64,000 bases of DNA from Lingula anatina (GCA_051362555.1 CM120645.1:4588001-4652000); one strand, 5' to 3'; positions 1-13,804 are shown, counted from the first letter of the stretch. Numbers and translations: made by a program. The notes: generated by a model not told the origin, from the letters alone.

Positions 1-465
1 TGGTCAGGCTGGAAAAAATTAAAATATGTCAATGAAAAAAGGAGGTCAGTGTGTCTGGGGTAAGTTACTTTTGTCATAATGCCTAAGATGCATTAAACAT
101 TCACTAACAACAGTACCCTTTTTAATTTTTTTTTCAAAATACAACAACCTTGGGCATTTTCCTTTTAGCAACCAGCCTCTCTGAAATCCCCTTTTTGTCC
201 TGTCAGAAGAGTAGGGACCAGGGCGGATTTAAATAATTTCTTGTAATAAGTACAATTTCTTTCAATTTCTTGGGGTTATTAGCTGGTGATCATGAATCTT
301 GATGTTCTATATAAATTTAGTTGTAAATTGTTCATTTATGTGGTGAACATTATTTCAGTCAAGTCATAACAAGACACATTAAACTTCACTGCATAATTCC
401 ATAATGTCTACATGGATACTAGTAGTTCATAATGCTATTATTATGTTCTATTTTCTAACCTACAG

Positions 466-591
466 GTTTCTCTCTTTTCTGAGTGGCATGGCATTAGCAA
501 GGCAGAAGAAAAGGCCCTGAAGAAATTCTCACTTGAGTTGTCCTTTTTGGAGAAGAAACTGGATAAGACTGGCCAACAGAGATTGCATTAA
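466..591 (+). other. Possible terminal coding exon of an unidentified gene or transposase entering from the left edge
   Basis: Strong acceptor ttttctaacctacag|G with a ctaac branch-like motif, then an open frame VSLFSEWHG...GQQRLH*. A gtaagt donor lies at 60. No recognisable domain and the reading phase is uncertain. Confidence 0.25.
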
Positions 592-1598
592 ATTAATAGT
601 GCTCCTTTTGACATTTTAAAATATTTTCAGTCACCTAACTGACTCTATACATTGCAAAAGTGGACATAAATTTTATGTTACTGTTACGTGGAAAAAAATT
701 CAAAACCTATATATAAATTGTTGAGTGCCATGGTATAACAGTCTACCTAATTGCCAGTGAAATTTCTGTTTCAGTGAAATTTTTTAAAGAAGTCACTTAC
801 TGCTTACTTACCAGTTAATTTTTTCAGCTGTTACATTTTATAAATGTTCTTACTAAGTGTTGTCTTGATCTATAATAACCTTTTGAAAATCCCATGTTTT
901 TCATCCTATTTGTAAGAATTAACCACTTTATCTTCTAGGATTTTTTTTTTCATTCGGCCCATTAGATTCTCAGACCTTGCTGGCCTGTAAGTGGAATAGT
1001 ATCTGGCACAGACTGGTATCAGCAAGTCAGACAAGGCAGCAAAGCTGTCAAATGTACAGACAAAAAACAAAAAATAAAGATGCAAAATAGGTCATTTTGT
1101 CAATTTTGATGCAATAATAAATAATGCTTATAATAGCACTGTCAGTCAACACTGAATTTTAATCATGCACAACAGGTAAAATGGTCAATAACATGAGCGG
1201 AACCAGAGATGTTTTCTGACAGTATTCCAAAGTATCTATTTTGATCCATCCTCCATTTTGATGGTCTTCCAACAGAAGAAAAAATTGATACCAGGCAATA
1301 TAAACTTAATAACCTGACTGTCTTCCGGAAGACCCAGAAGATGGTCTCAATCTACCCTTTCAATAAGATTACAGTTTCAGGACCATGAGTTTAAATCCAC
1401 ATGATGATAGTCTCAATATTTGAAAAATGATGACAGTGCATAAAATAATATTACATAAGTAACATAATGTTTAAAGACATAAAAAACAATACAACTGCTT
1501 ATGTGGAAATACAGAAATGTCAGAGCCTCAGGTGGATGAGAGTTAAAAGTCACAAATGCAAGTGTTTGAGAAAAAATTATAAAGGAAAACATAACAAA

Positions 1599-1782
1599 AC
1601 TAGAAAAGCGCTCCGAGAGTGCAGACCTCTGCCAAGGTAGCAATTGTTGATTATTATTGATTATTGTCCTCTTTGGCCCACTTCTGACAGTTCCTGAAAA
1701 TTTCAGCAAAATCGGTCCATAACTTTTTGAGTTATGTTGATGACAAACAGGGGTGAAAATATAACCTCCTTGGCAGAGGTAA
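1599..1782 (-). mobile_element. Short HINE-like element (family 3)
   Basis: Starts actaga; subterminal inverted repeats acctctgccaagg / ccttggcagaggt; A-rich flanks. Confidence 0.65.
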
Positions 1783-2103
1783 ATATAATTCCAATGAAGC
1801 TGCTATTCAAACTTTTAATCTTTGAGTTTGATATATATATATATATATTAAAAACTTATTTGCAATATTAAACAAAATTCACCTGCATAATTATCACTGC
1901 TTCCTTATTATTAATCTAGCAGAGAGCTTAACCTATGGGAGTTTACAGGGAAATATCAACAAGTGTGCTTTATGTAATTTCATTTAATGGCCGATTAATT
2001 AGGCAAATTACTTTATAACACTGAAATTAGCTAAGTGATACCCAAGGGAAATTTACAGACTGACCCTCTCAATGGTCTTTCAGGCCCATAAGTCACAACT
2101 TAA

Positions 2104-5100
2104 GAGCGCGTCCATGAGAAAGCCAGACAGATCAGTCAGAAGGCGGCAAGGTGGGGGTCAGCAGATTTTAATAATTTTTGGTGTGGTAAACCATCAACAT
2201 AAAAGATATTGTGAGCCACTGGCTTTCTTATTTTGGATCATTAGTTTTAGAGATATGGGGGCAGATCTTTTATTGGCAATTTTGCCAAAATATAGCATAT
2301 TTTAGCTCTTGAAAAGTTATAATTTTAAATATTCTTTTAAAAAATCATGTACATCATAAGGAATTATTTAGGTAAGCCACATGATAGATTAAGGAAAGAC
2401 CTTTAATATCCTGTACAGATTTTTTGAAAAGGCACTGTCATGACCACACAAGGTTGATTCTAATAAGGCATGTTTTCCGTATGCTTGACCCCCTCCCCTT
2501 CTTTAAATGCACACAACTTCTTTTTTGCAGGTTGTATCCATATAATTTTGGTATGTGCTGATAGAAAAGGGTTGAAAAATAAATTTTGTAAAATAAAATC
2601 TGTGTTAAACCTTGTAAAATAAGAACTATAACAATTTTAAAAAGGGCCTAAAAACGAAAATTTTTATACTACTTAAATGCTAAACTGTTTCTTCAACTAA
2701 ATTAATAGGTCAAAACCATGTATAGGTTTGTGAAAAGCCCTTAAAATAAATATGTTTGCCCTGCAGACGAACTTATGAAGCGAAAATACATTTTTTTAAT
2801 TTGTTTATGTTGTAGAAACTAAATGTAAAATAACGATGCTAACTCTGTGACCTATATTCAACATGGCGGGTACTAGGATTATCACCGGAGCAACTGTAGA
2901 GCAAAGCACATCGTCTTCACAGTGATAAAACATAATACTTTCTTAAATTTATGAAGAACACACACTAGAGATGCTTAGGTACATCTCAGAATGATTGGTG
3001 TGCACCAGAATATAACAAGAAATGACCATAGCAGCTGGTCGTCCTTAGAATGTGCATTTTTTGGTTGAACCACTTCAGACTGTTGTCAGGCTTGGGTTCC
3101 TCAATATATTCATCTCATCGATTTAGCTCTGGATGTTTGTTGTAAGGTAAGTGATCAGTGGTGGCATAGATATACTAGAATCAGATACACTAAAAAGTCA
3201 AACCAGTTTAAATAATAAGTTTGAATATTATTCAGTAATATAAAGAATATAAGCAAATTTAAAAGACATACTGGTATATTTCAATTCACAGAGTTTTACT
3301 TGATTTCTGTTTCATGGTAAACATGTATGTATGTAACACACATTCACTTTCAAGTTTTGGCATTTTAGGGGATGTTACTTGTGCCAGTTTTTTATATTTT
3401 AGTTTTATATTCACTATGCAGATTCATGTGTGTTTACAATGAAGTTGAAGTTAACCACCTGTGCTTCAATTTTCAAGACTTACATATTACACAGGACACT
3501 TGTAACTAAAGGTACTTTAGTAAAATCAGTGTAACAGCTCTCAATATACTTTATTTACGAACCCGAGTGTACTCTGTGTGTGAACATGGCAGAAACAAGA
3601 AACGAATGTCTTTTAATAATTTACAAATAAATAAAATGAACTTAATGCAGAACTGAACAAACTTAGAAAAAATTAAATGAATAACATTAATGAACTAAAG
3701 ATACTTACTAAATTTCTAAACTAAATAAGGATGAAAATAAATGATAAGCACTTAAATGATCAAACTAAACTAAGAGAAATACAAAATCTAAACACAAAGA
3801 AAATGAAAAGTAAACCAATCAAGTCTATCATACCTGTGTGTGAACATGGCAGAAACAAGAAACGAATGTGCCGCGTAACAAAGAGGGGCGTATTTTATAT
3901 AGAAACGAAGACACACGGACACAAACGAAAAGGCACGAACACACTTCTCTACACTAACACAACCACAATCATACATCATACATACACATATTACATCAGG
4001 AAAACTTTGCGGTCCATTATGTTGTTCATGTTGCTTTGCAAGGGGGCGTGCCAGACAATTAAGCTGATCACAACGACTGAGCCCGAGTGTGATACTCCGC
4101 TGAGATAGATTGATCCTGCTACGATATTTTCTATTCTGAACACAGTAAGCCTCTGTTGTTGTAAAGCATTTATTGATATTATGTTTATTTTTCAGATTTT
4201 ACATCCTAGGCCTGTGTGTGAACCTTGACCTGGACAATCTTACAGACAATAATAGAAAAGTCACCTGAAATTGCACAGGCAAATTCATCAGATTCAGATG
4301 TGAGCACCAACTTTGTAATGCCTGGAACACTTCCACATAGAAGAAAAAAGGTTTACCTTTTTTTCATTTGTTTCTTTTTCTATCATGAAATTCTGGTAGC
4401 TACAATCATGCATATTTGATTTCCTTTTTTACACTTATGCAATATGTTTGATCAGAATATTATTTAGTAATTGTTCTTATACAGCAATTAACATGAGTTT
4501 AAAATATGTTTAATACATTTTCTTTTGACAGCCTGTCCTGCCATCTTCAGGTAGACGCAGCAGTGGATATCCTGGCAAACCTTTATTGGACTTAGAGCCA
4601 CCTTGGGACAATCCCCCATAACAAATATGCATCTTAGGCTTGACAATCTCAATCAATTTTTTAGGAAAGGAGGATTGGCGCCATTGAATTGACAAATATT
4701 GACAATTGACAGTTCAGTCACACTAAACTATAGTGGCATGTTGCTTCAAGTTACCACACTTATTCTAAGATTGCTGAATTATCATTACTGTAGGAGACCC
4801 TGGATCTCTCAACCAGAAGAAGAAACTTGGGGATCAATCAGTTATAAGATTAAAATCTGTTGAACACTACCCATCACTGTTGTGTTCAGTATATGGAAAA
4901 GATGACCGTGATATTGGAACCTTGGAGATTCATAACTTGATTTCACTCCTGTAAAAAGTAACTGCTTTGTTCTTTTACTGTACAATTGATGATATGAAAA
5001 TAAAGTACTCCTCCTGTCATTATATGTTGCTGACTCTGTTTTAATTTTCTTTATAGAAAAACAATATAGATATCAAGATATCACATGTATTTACAAAGCC

Positions 5101-6204
5101 TATGAATCATTTGAAAGGAAAAAGAATGGTTGAAAAATGCAATATAAATCATTTCAAGTGGATTAATTAGTGTTGCACTTGAGAAAACTGATAAAATGAG
5201 ACAGTCATTCCCTTTTACCTTTAGAAAAATCATTTGTAATTTTTTTTCTCTATTGCTCCCTGAAAATAAGGTATATACACAATGCTGATGACACTGGATA
5301 TGCACAGTAATAACTTATTAAATTGGGGGGGTGGGGGGGGGGGAATAACTTGTCACTAGTTATTTAAATTTATTCAGAAGCTGTATGGCTTTGTTTGAAA
5401 AGAATATTATTTGAGCAATCCTGTATTACAGATCTCAAAATAAAAAACCTGCAAAAATGGGCCTCTTGATTATTTTGAGGAATTAGGGTAACTGTATTTT
5501 GGGACAGATTTGATGGCAGCCATTTTGTATTTATAAAAATTGGATAGATTTGCCCTTATCAAAGCATAGTTTGAATTCCTGGCTGTGAGTCTTTGATTAA
5601 ATTTGGTTATTGGAAGGTATTATCTCAAAATGTACTGATATCTTGATTTCGGCCGTTTGGTTTTCTGCTAAAATTGCTAAGGTTTGAGGCACTTTTTCAA
5701 TGTCTTCTGTTGTGTTTAACACACTTTTTGAATTTTGTATGATTAGACCAATATATGCTTAGGATCCCTATAAAATTTTATGGCTGTCAAGCCTGCAAAA
5801 AGAGAGATATGAATGTTTGAACATTGCTTGGTAGAAAAGTGAGTTTGGGGGGTGGGGTCATAAAAATGGGCGTGGCTCGTTAGTTTGTGGGTTAAACTGA
5901 TATTTAGTAACATATTCTCAATGGCAAATGGCTGGTTTAAATAGGTAAATTTTCAATTAATTTTAAAAAGTCATCAGTTTTGAAATATTTGCTTATGAAG
6001 TGGCTTTATTGACCGAAGCTGAAAATCAAGCCAAAAATGGCCAAAACATATAATATCATATTATAATTATATCCAATGATTTCTTTTGGGATTGTTGCCT
6101 TCAATCTTAATATCTCCTATATATGCAACAATATTATGAATTTGGTTGAAATCTGTTGACCCCCACCTTGCCACCCTCTGACTGGTCTTATCATGGACAC
6201 ACAC
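2104..6204. mobile_element. TTAA-flanked TIR DNA transposon (Kolobok/piggyBac-type), decayed
   Basis: TTAA at 2100-2103 and 6205-6208. Imperfect ~60-bp TIRs (gtccatga..cagtcaga..ggcaaggtgggggtca.cagattt). Internal exon-like remnants carry stops. Confidence 0.75.
3530..3995 (-). mobile_element. Solo LTR (Gypsy-like)
   Basis: TGTAA...TTACA termini with 4-bp TSD tcag (3526-3529, 3996-3999). TATA-like and AATAAA motifs on the minus strand. Internal ~36-bp direct repeat at ~3573 and ~3834. Confidence 0.8.
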
Positions 6205-7980
6205 TTAAGAAAAGCACAAAACAATAATGCACAAAATAGGAGACTACCAATTCTGATGCAATAATACATTATGTTTAACTGCACAGTCAACATCAAATTT
6301 TAATTTTGCACAACAGGTAACACCAACGAAAGTAAAAGCATAAGGCTTCAGGCCCATCAGAGTTCAAGTTTATACTTAGAAAGTGCCAGAATTAGAAAAA
6401 TGAAATTTCACACAAAATTGCATAAAATTCAATAATAAATGATAACCCAATTGACCTGGCTTTCTAATTTGAACTGCATGCCAATCCTAAAAATCATACT
6501 CATAAGTTAAATATAATAATAAATAACACAGTTTTCTTTTCTTAATGTTTGCAGTAGCAGTGCAAAAAGATTGTTGTCAATTTTGATGTAACATTACATA
6601 ATAAATTATAGAATAATTATCACCAATTTTTGATTATTGACTATAAATAGCATGAACATGTAGAAAATTTGATTACCATCCGGCTTCATGTCCATGGGAG
6701 CTCCAAGTCCCACAATGAATATGCCAAAAAGATAATGAATATTTCACTAAAATGTATAACTTCCAGAAAAAGAAGCCAATTAGACTGCTTTTCCAACTCA
6801 TTCTGCATTTTAGTCCTGTGTTTCTTTTTTGAAAGTTTGACAATCATAAGTAACACGGTTTTCCCATAATGGTCATCATGGCAGAAGCACCAAAAATTGT
6901 GTTTTCTTCTATTTTGATGCAACATTACATAATGCTTAACAGCATAATGACCATCAACTTTTAATAATAAAATATGTGTATAATGGATTTTCAGAAAATA
7001 TGACTAACATGGGTCTTCAAGCCCGTGGAGGTTCTAAGTCATACCTTGAAAATGCCAATATGTGAAAAGTTAAATTTTCACAAAAAACTGTTAAATTGCC
7101 AGAAAAATTTACCAAACAGACTGCATTGCCTACTGAAGCTGTATGTTAGACCCATGTTTCTTTCCTGTAAGTTTGAGAACAGTAAGTGACATGATTTCCC
7201 TTAAATGGTCATCATAGGAGCAGTGCCCAAAATAGTTTTTTTTTTTTTTTTCAAATTTTGATGCAACATTACATAATATTTAACAGCATAATGACCATCA
7301 AATGTTATTAATAAAATATTAGTAACATGGACATTCAGAAAACATGACAAGCAAAGGTCTTCATGATCATGGAACTTCAAAGTCACACCTTAAAAATGCC
7401 AACATGTGAACAAGGCAGCAAAGCTGTCAAATGTACAGACAAAAAAACAGAAAATAAAGATGCAAAAAAGGTCATTTTGTCAATTTTGATGCAATAATAA
7501 ATAATGGTTATATATATATATAATAGTACTGTAAGTCAACACTGAATTTTAATCATGCACAACAGGTAACATGGTCAATAACAGGGGCGGACCCTGAGAT
7601 ATTTTCTGACAGTATTCCAAAGTATCTATGTTGATCCATCCTACATTTTGATGGTCTTCCAACAGAAAAAATAAATACCAGTCAATATAAACTTAATAAC
7701 CTGACTGTCTTCCGGAAGACCCAGAAGATGGTCTCAATCCACCCCTTCAATAAGATTACAGTTTCAGGACAATGAGAGACCAAAGTCACATGATGAAAGT
7801 CTCAATATTTGAAAAATGATGACAGTGCATAAAATAATATTACATAATGTTTAAAGACATAAAAAACAATACAATTGCTTATGTGGAAATACAGAAAATG
7901 TGCAGAGCCTTGAGCGGATGAGAGCTAAAAGTCACAAATGCAAGTGTTTGAGAAAAAATTGTAAAGGAAAACATAACAAA

Positions 7981-8213
7981 ACTAGAAAACCACCGAGAAT
8001 GCAGACCTCTGCCAAGGCAGCAATTGTTGATTATTATTGATTATTGATTGATTATTGAGAAAGACCACCACTAAAAACTAATCATTGTCCTCTTTGGCCC
8101 AATTCTGACAGTTCCTGAAAATTTCAGCAAAATCGGTCCATAACTTTTTGAGTTATGTTGATGACAGACAAACAGGGGTGAAAATATAGCCTCCTTGGCA
8201 GAGCCTGAGGTAA
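7981..8213 (-). mobile_element. Second copy of short HINE family 3
   Basis: Homologous to 1599-1782 and in the same flanking context. Confidence 0.65.
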
Positions 8214-8253
8214 ATATAATTCCAATGAAGCTGCTATTCAAACTTTTAATCTT

Positions 8254-8395
8254 CGATTATAGACAGAACGCGAGCAAAACGCACTATGATCAGCATGTCA
8301 AACCACTTGCACCTTTACATGAAGGAGAATTTGTTCGCATGTATGACACTCAGAATAATACATGGCAACCTGCCAAGGTTAAAACTGTATCAGAC
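8254..8395 (+). pseudogene. Gypsy-type pol (post-integrase C-terminal region), 5' part
   Basis: QNASKTHYDQHVKPLAPLHEGEFVRM..WQPAKV matches the KxxYDxxxKPLxxLxxGxxV..WxPAxV pattern of Gypsy pol. It continues in frame at 24067. Confidence 0.85.
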
Positions 8396-9140
8396 CAAGG
8401 AGTTATAACAGAAGGAGATTACACGCGTGGGGGCGGAGCCCATATTCGGTCTCTCATTGGTCGGAATGAATAGAACCCAGAGAACAATGGATGCCTATCT
8501 CTGTTACGCTTAATTGCTACTCTCGTTTAAATCTCATTTGTTAGTATCTGTGCCTTCGTCTGTTGATTTTTGAGGACAGAAACAGAAACAGAGTCCCAAG
8601 TTTCTAAAAAATGAGAGAAATACAGAATTTATATGATATTACGTTGGACAAGGTTTTCAAAAAACAGGTAAGTGCTTTTAAATGCATAACTACATGAAAT
8701 ATGAAGATAAATTGCAACTTTTATGTCATAGGGTCTCACTGTGTAAGTGTCCAGCTACACGTTGATCTCGCGAGGTGGTGTGTGGAGAATAAATATTGCA
8801 CGAAAAATATTTCCCACTCATAACAAGTGCCTATAAATATAGTATCAAATGAAGAAAGTTTGGTCTTTATACAGTTGCAATTGTTAAGTAATTTGTGGCA
8901 ATAGCAAAGAATAAAACTTAGGTGCACTTTCAGTAGCCGAATAACAAGCAGATGCTTAAGCCGCCATCTTGTTAATATTTTGAAAAAACAAGGCAGCAAA
9001 GCTGTCAAATGTACAGACAAAAAACAGGAAATAACTATGCACAAAATAGGCTACTGTCAATTCTGATGCAAAAGAACATTATGTTAAACTGCAAATTCAA
9101 CATCAAATTTTAATTATCCTCAACAGGTAATACTAATGTA

Positions 9141-9302
9141 ACTAGAGGATCAGAGAGGCGATACCGCCTCCGAATATTGTACCACCAGCTGGGGTAAGCG
9201 CGATCGTATAGACCCCCACACACACAAAAAAGGGACACCACCACCAGTCTTGTGCTTGACAAGCTGTAAAAAATGCAATCAACAAGAATTCCCAAAATAT
9301 GC

Positions 9303-9378
<76 letters not shown>

Positions 9379-11463
9379 GGTAAAATCAAAGTTCAGTTCA
9401 TAGTAAGGTAGGTCAAAGGTCAATTTCAAGGTCACAGTAAATTTCCAGTATATGACTTCCTATTCAAGTTCAATAGCAACTATGGACGTATCTCTGCCAG
9501 TTTTGGAGATAAAAGGGAACCAAAATTTGTAAACTTCAATTCATGATGAAAAGTAGGTCAAAGGTCAATTTCAAGGTCACACTTAGATTGCCAGTATATG
9601 ACTTCCTATTCAAATAAAATAGTAACTATGGGCGTATCTTGTCAGTTTTGGAGATAAAAGGGAACGGAAATTTGCAAAGTTCAATTCCTGATTAAAAGTA
9701 GGTCCAAGGTCAATTTCAAGGTCACATTAAGATTGCCAGTATATGACTTCCAATTCAAGTTCAATAGTAACTATGGTCCTATCTTTCCTAGTTTTGGAGA
9801 TAAAAGGGAACAAAATTTGCAAAGTTCAGTTCATGGTTAAAAGTAGGTCAAAGGTCAATTTTAAGGTCACAATAAATTGCCTCGTATGACTTTCTATTCA
9901 AATTCAATAGTAACTATGGGCGTATCTCTGCCAGTTTTGAAAATAAAAGCATTAAAAAGTTGCAAAGTTCAGTTTATGGTGTAAAGTAGGTCAAAGGTCA
10001 ATTTCAAGGTCACATTGTGATTGCCAGTATATGACTTCCCATTCAAGTTCAATAGTAACCATAGACTTATCTCTGCCAGTTTTGGAGATAAAAGGGAACC
10101 AAAATTTGCAAAGTTCAGTTCATGGTTAAAAGTAGGTCAAAGGTCAATTTTAAGGTCACAGTAAATTGCCTCGTATGACTTTCTATTCAAATTCAATAGT
10201 AACTATGGGCGTATCTCTGCCAGTTTTGAAAATAAAAGCATTAAAAAGTTGCAAAGTTCAGTTCCTGGTGAAAAGTAGGTCAAAGGTCAATTTTAAGGTC
10301 ACAGTTAGATTGCCAGTATATGACTTCCTGTTCAAGTTCAATAAAAACTATGGAGGTATCTCTGCCAGTTTTTGAGATACAAGGGACTAAATGTTGCAAA
10401 GTTCAGTTCATGGTGAAAAGTACGTCAAAGGTCAATTTCAAGGTCACAGTTAAATTGCCAGTATAAGACTTCCTATTCAAGTTCAATAGTAACTATGGAG
10501 GTATCTTTGCCAGTTTTGGATATATAAAGATCAGAAAACTTGCAAAGTGCAGTTCATTATGAAAAGTAGGTCAAAGGTCAATTTCAAGGTCACAGTTAGA
10601 TTATCAGTATATGACTTCCTATTCAAGTTCAATAGTAACTATGGGCGTATCTCTGCTAATTTTGGAGTATTTCACATTTTCCCCACTGAATATTGCGATG
10701 TTGTAATTTTTGATATAGGGCAACGCCTAAACCATATCAAAAAACAAAAAAATGGACACCACCCCCTGTATTGCACTTGACAAGGTCTTCAAAATGCAAT
10801 AAAAAAGAGGTCTCTGGCATTTACCGTTCCAGATTTAGAGCAAGTTTTCAGTTTCGGTATCTTATGGCTGCTTCTCCCGTGAAAATGCACCGATTGACCC
10901 CAAACTCCCAAAGATGAAAGGAGTCCCCAATGGTAACCCCACAGGAGAGCTTAGGGCTGTGTAGTTTCCAAAAATTAGCACAAACAAATATTTTTTTACA
11001 GAAAATTCCCATTTTTAGAAAATTTTGGCTTGTTTGACCTTGAAAAAAAGGTCAAAAGTCAAATCCAAGGGCATATTTGGAATCTCCACATATGACTTTC
11101 GGTCAGACTTCTGTAGTAGTTTTTCCCATAATTCCTTTGGTTTGGGAGATATTAAGCATTGAATTTTCAAAAATTTTGACAAGGGTGCATTTCAACAAGC
11201 GTCATGCCCAGGCCAGTGCACCGATGGAGACAAAAAAACCAGGGTGTTCAAGTTGAAATTATATGTGACCTAAATCCAAGAGATGGGGACACAGGTCCTT
11301 GCGGTCTAGGAGGAGAAGCGGTAACAGTGACTTGTTTCCGGCGCCCGACTGCGGAGCCGCAGGAGCCGGCGGAGCCGCAGGAGCCGACGGAGCCGGCGGA
11401 GCTGTACGAGACGGGTCGGGACTAAAACCATGAGTACCGCCAGCGTACACGCTGGTGGTACTA
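9141..11463 (-). mobile_element. HINE family 2 copy 1 with a 146-bp tandem array
   Basis: actagagg end, gaggcgataccgcctc hairpin, subTIRs gtaccaccagc / gctggtggtac. The empty site is visible at ~15444-15478. No TSD. Confidence 0.85.
9410..10670. repeat. 146-bp tandem array, ~8-9 units
   Basis: Recurring aagtaggtcaaaggtcaatttcaaggtcaca...; period 146 (9482 to 9628). Confidence 0.9.
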
Positions 11464-11492
11464 ATTAATATACGTGACAAGTTTACACTTTG

Positions 11493-13804
11493 ACAAGGCA
11501 GCAAAGCTGTCAAATGTACAGACAAAAACAGAAAATAAAAATGCAAAATAGGTCATTTTGTCAATTTTGATGCAATAATAAATAATTCTTATAATAGCAC
11601 TGTCAGTCAACACTGAATTTTAATCATGCACAACAGGTAAAATGGTCAATGACATGAGTGGACCCAGAGATATTTTCTGACAGTATTCCAAATTATCTAT
11701 TTTGATCCATCCTCCATTTTGATGGTCTTCCAACAGAAGAAAAAATAGATACCAGGCAATATAAACTTAATAACCTGACTGTCTTCCGGAAGACCCAGAA
11801 GATGGTCTCAATCTACCCTTTCAATAAGATTACAGATTCAGGACCATGAGTTCAAATTCACATGATGAAAGTCTCAATATTTGAAATATTCAGAAAATGT
11901 GACTAGCAAAGGTCTTCAGGCCCGTGGAACTTTAAAGTCACAACTTGAAAATGCCAAAATGTAAACAAAGACAGCAATGTTCTGAAATGTTTTTTTTCCA
12001 GTTTTAACAATTTCTAACATAAAACAAAATTAACAGTTTACTACCATTTTTATATGATCAACTAAGAAATTGATGAGATGGGAAAAATATCAATAGAATA
12101 GTGTTAAATGTCCAATTCCCTCCATTCTGAGATTCTGAACGTAGTGAATGATTGAATCTGACAAACTGTAATGATATGAGTTTATTTCCATTTTTGACAC
12201 TTTATTACACAATACACGATGACAAGTTTACCATCATTTTTACATAATCAACTAACGATGTTGTAAAGATGCAGGAAATGTCAAACAAACACTTTTATGT
12301 ATCTTATTAGTAAAATAATAAGACTGTTAACATGCCTAAGAATTGAATCTGAGGAAATGTGAAAAAACAGCATAACTTCTAAATTAATGACCTGATTATG
12401 CTGATTTTTGAACTCAACCTGCGTTTTAGCAGAAATGACCACTTCTGTGAGTTTAATGACAATTGGCCTATCTGTTTTTCGTATATTGTGTTTACAGTGT
12501 TGTATATATGCTGAAAAATGAAAAAACAGAATAACTACTAAAATAGTGGCCCGATCATGCCGATTTTCGAACTTGACCTGCGTTTTAGTAAGATTGATTA
12601 CTCCTGTGAGTTTCATGACAACAGGCCCAACGGTTTTCCTTAAAATGTGTTTACAGGGTTGCATATATGCTGAAAAGTGAAAAAATAGCATAACTTCTAC
12701 AATAATGGCCCGATCATGCTGATTTTCGAACTTGACCTGCGTTTTATGAATATTCATCAGCTCTGAAAATATAAAGCCAAAAGTAAAACTGCCTTCCACT
12801 TATTGTGTTTACAATGATAGTGCACGGTGCCAGCGGCAGTGACGGCAACGACAGACGCAGGTGATGGCAATATGTACAGACACATCTGTACTTATTTACT
12901 GTACTGTTTAAGAACAGTAAGTGACATGGTTTTTCTTAAATGGTCATCATGGGAGCAGTGCCCAAAATAGATTTTTTTCAGATTTTGATGCAATATTACA
13001 TAATGTTTAACAGCATAATGACCATCAATTTTTAATAATAAAATATTAGTATCATGGATATTCAGAAAATGTGACTAGCAAAGGTCTTCAGGCCCATGGA
13101 ACTTCAATGTCACAACTTGAAAATGCCAAAATGTCAACAAAGACAGCACTGTTCTGAAATGTTTTTTTTTTTAATTTTTAACAATTTTTTTAACATAAAA
13201 CAAAATTAACAGGTTACTGCCATTTTTATACGATCAACTAAGAAAATTGATGAGATGGGAAAAATATCAATACAACAGTGTTAAATATCCAATTTCCTCC
13301 ATTCTGAGATTCTGAACATAGTGAATGATTGAATCTGACAAACTGCAATGATATGAGTTTATTTCCATTTTTGAAACTTTATTACACAATACACGATAAC
13401 AAGTTTACCATCATTTTTACAAAATCAACTAACAATGTTGTAAAGATGCAGGAAATGTCAAACAAACACTTTTACGTATCTTATTAGTTTAATAATGAGA
13501 CTGTTAACATGCCTAAGAATTGAATCTGAGGAAATGTGAAAAATATGCTGAAAAGTGAAAAAACAGCATAACTTCTACAATAATGGCCCGATCATGCCGA
13601 TTTTCGAACTTGACCTGCGTTTTATGAATATTCATCAGCTCTGTAAATATAAAGCCAAAAAGTAAAACTGCCCTCCACTTATCGTGTTTACAAGGAAAGT
13701 GCACGGCGCCGGCATCGCCATCGGCATCGCCATCGGCATCGCCATCGGCGACGACAGACGCAGGTGATGGCAATATGTACAGACACATCTGTGTCTGTAC
13801 ATAA
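11493..13804 (-). mobile_element. HINE family 1 copy B, nested in copy A
   Basis: Both ends are present. The flanks rejoin to acactttga^aaatgtataactt, seen uninterrupted at ~15470-15491. Confidence 0.85.

Larger units (their letters stand above)
1031..8253 (-). mobile_element. Cluster of truncated HINE family 1 (Helentron-type non-autonomous) pieces
   Basis: The 3'-end motif acaaggcagcaaagctgtcaaatgtacagac occurs at 1031 and 7410. 1031-1822 closely matches 7410-8253. 6209-7409 matches the reverse complement of ~45100-46170. Confidence 0.75.

Noticed and set aside
9318-9373. (TA)n tracts here and at ~50585 and ~59730, and poly-G runs at ~33226 and ~62363
   Set aside because: Ordinary microsatellites and homopolymers, mostly inside TEs.
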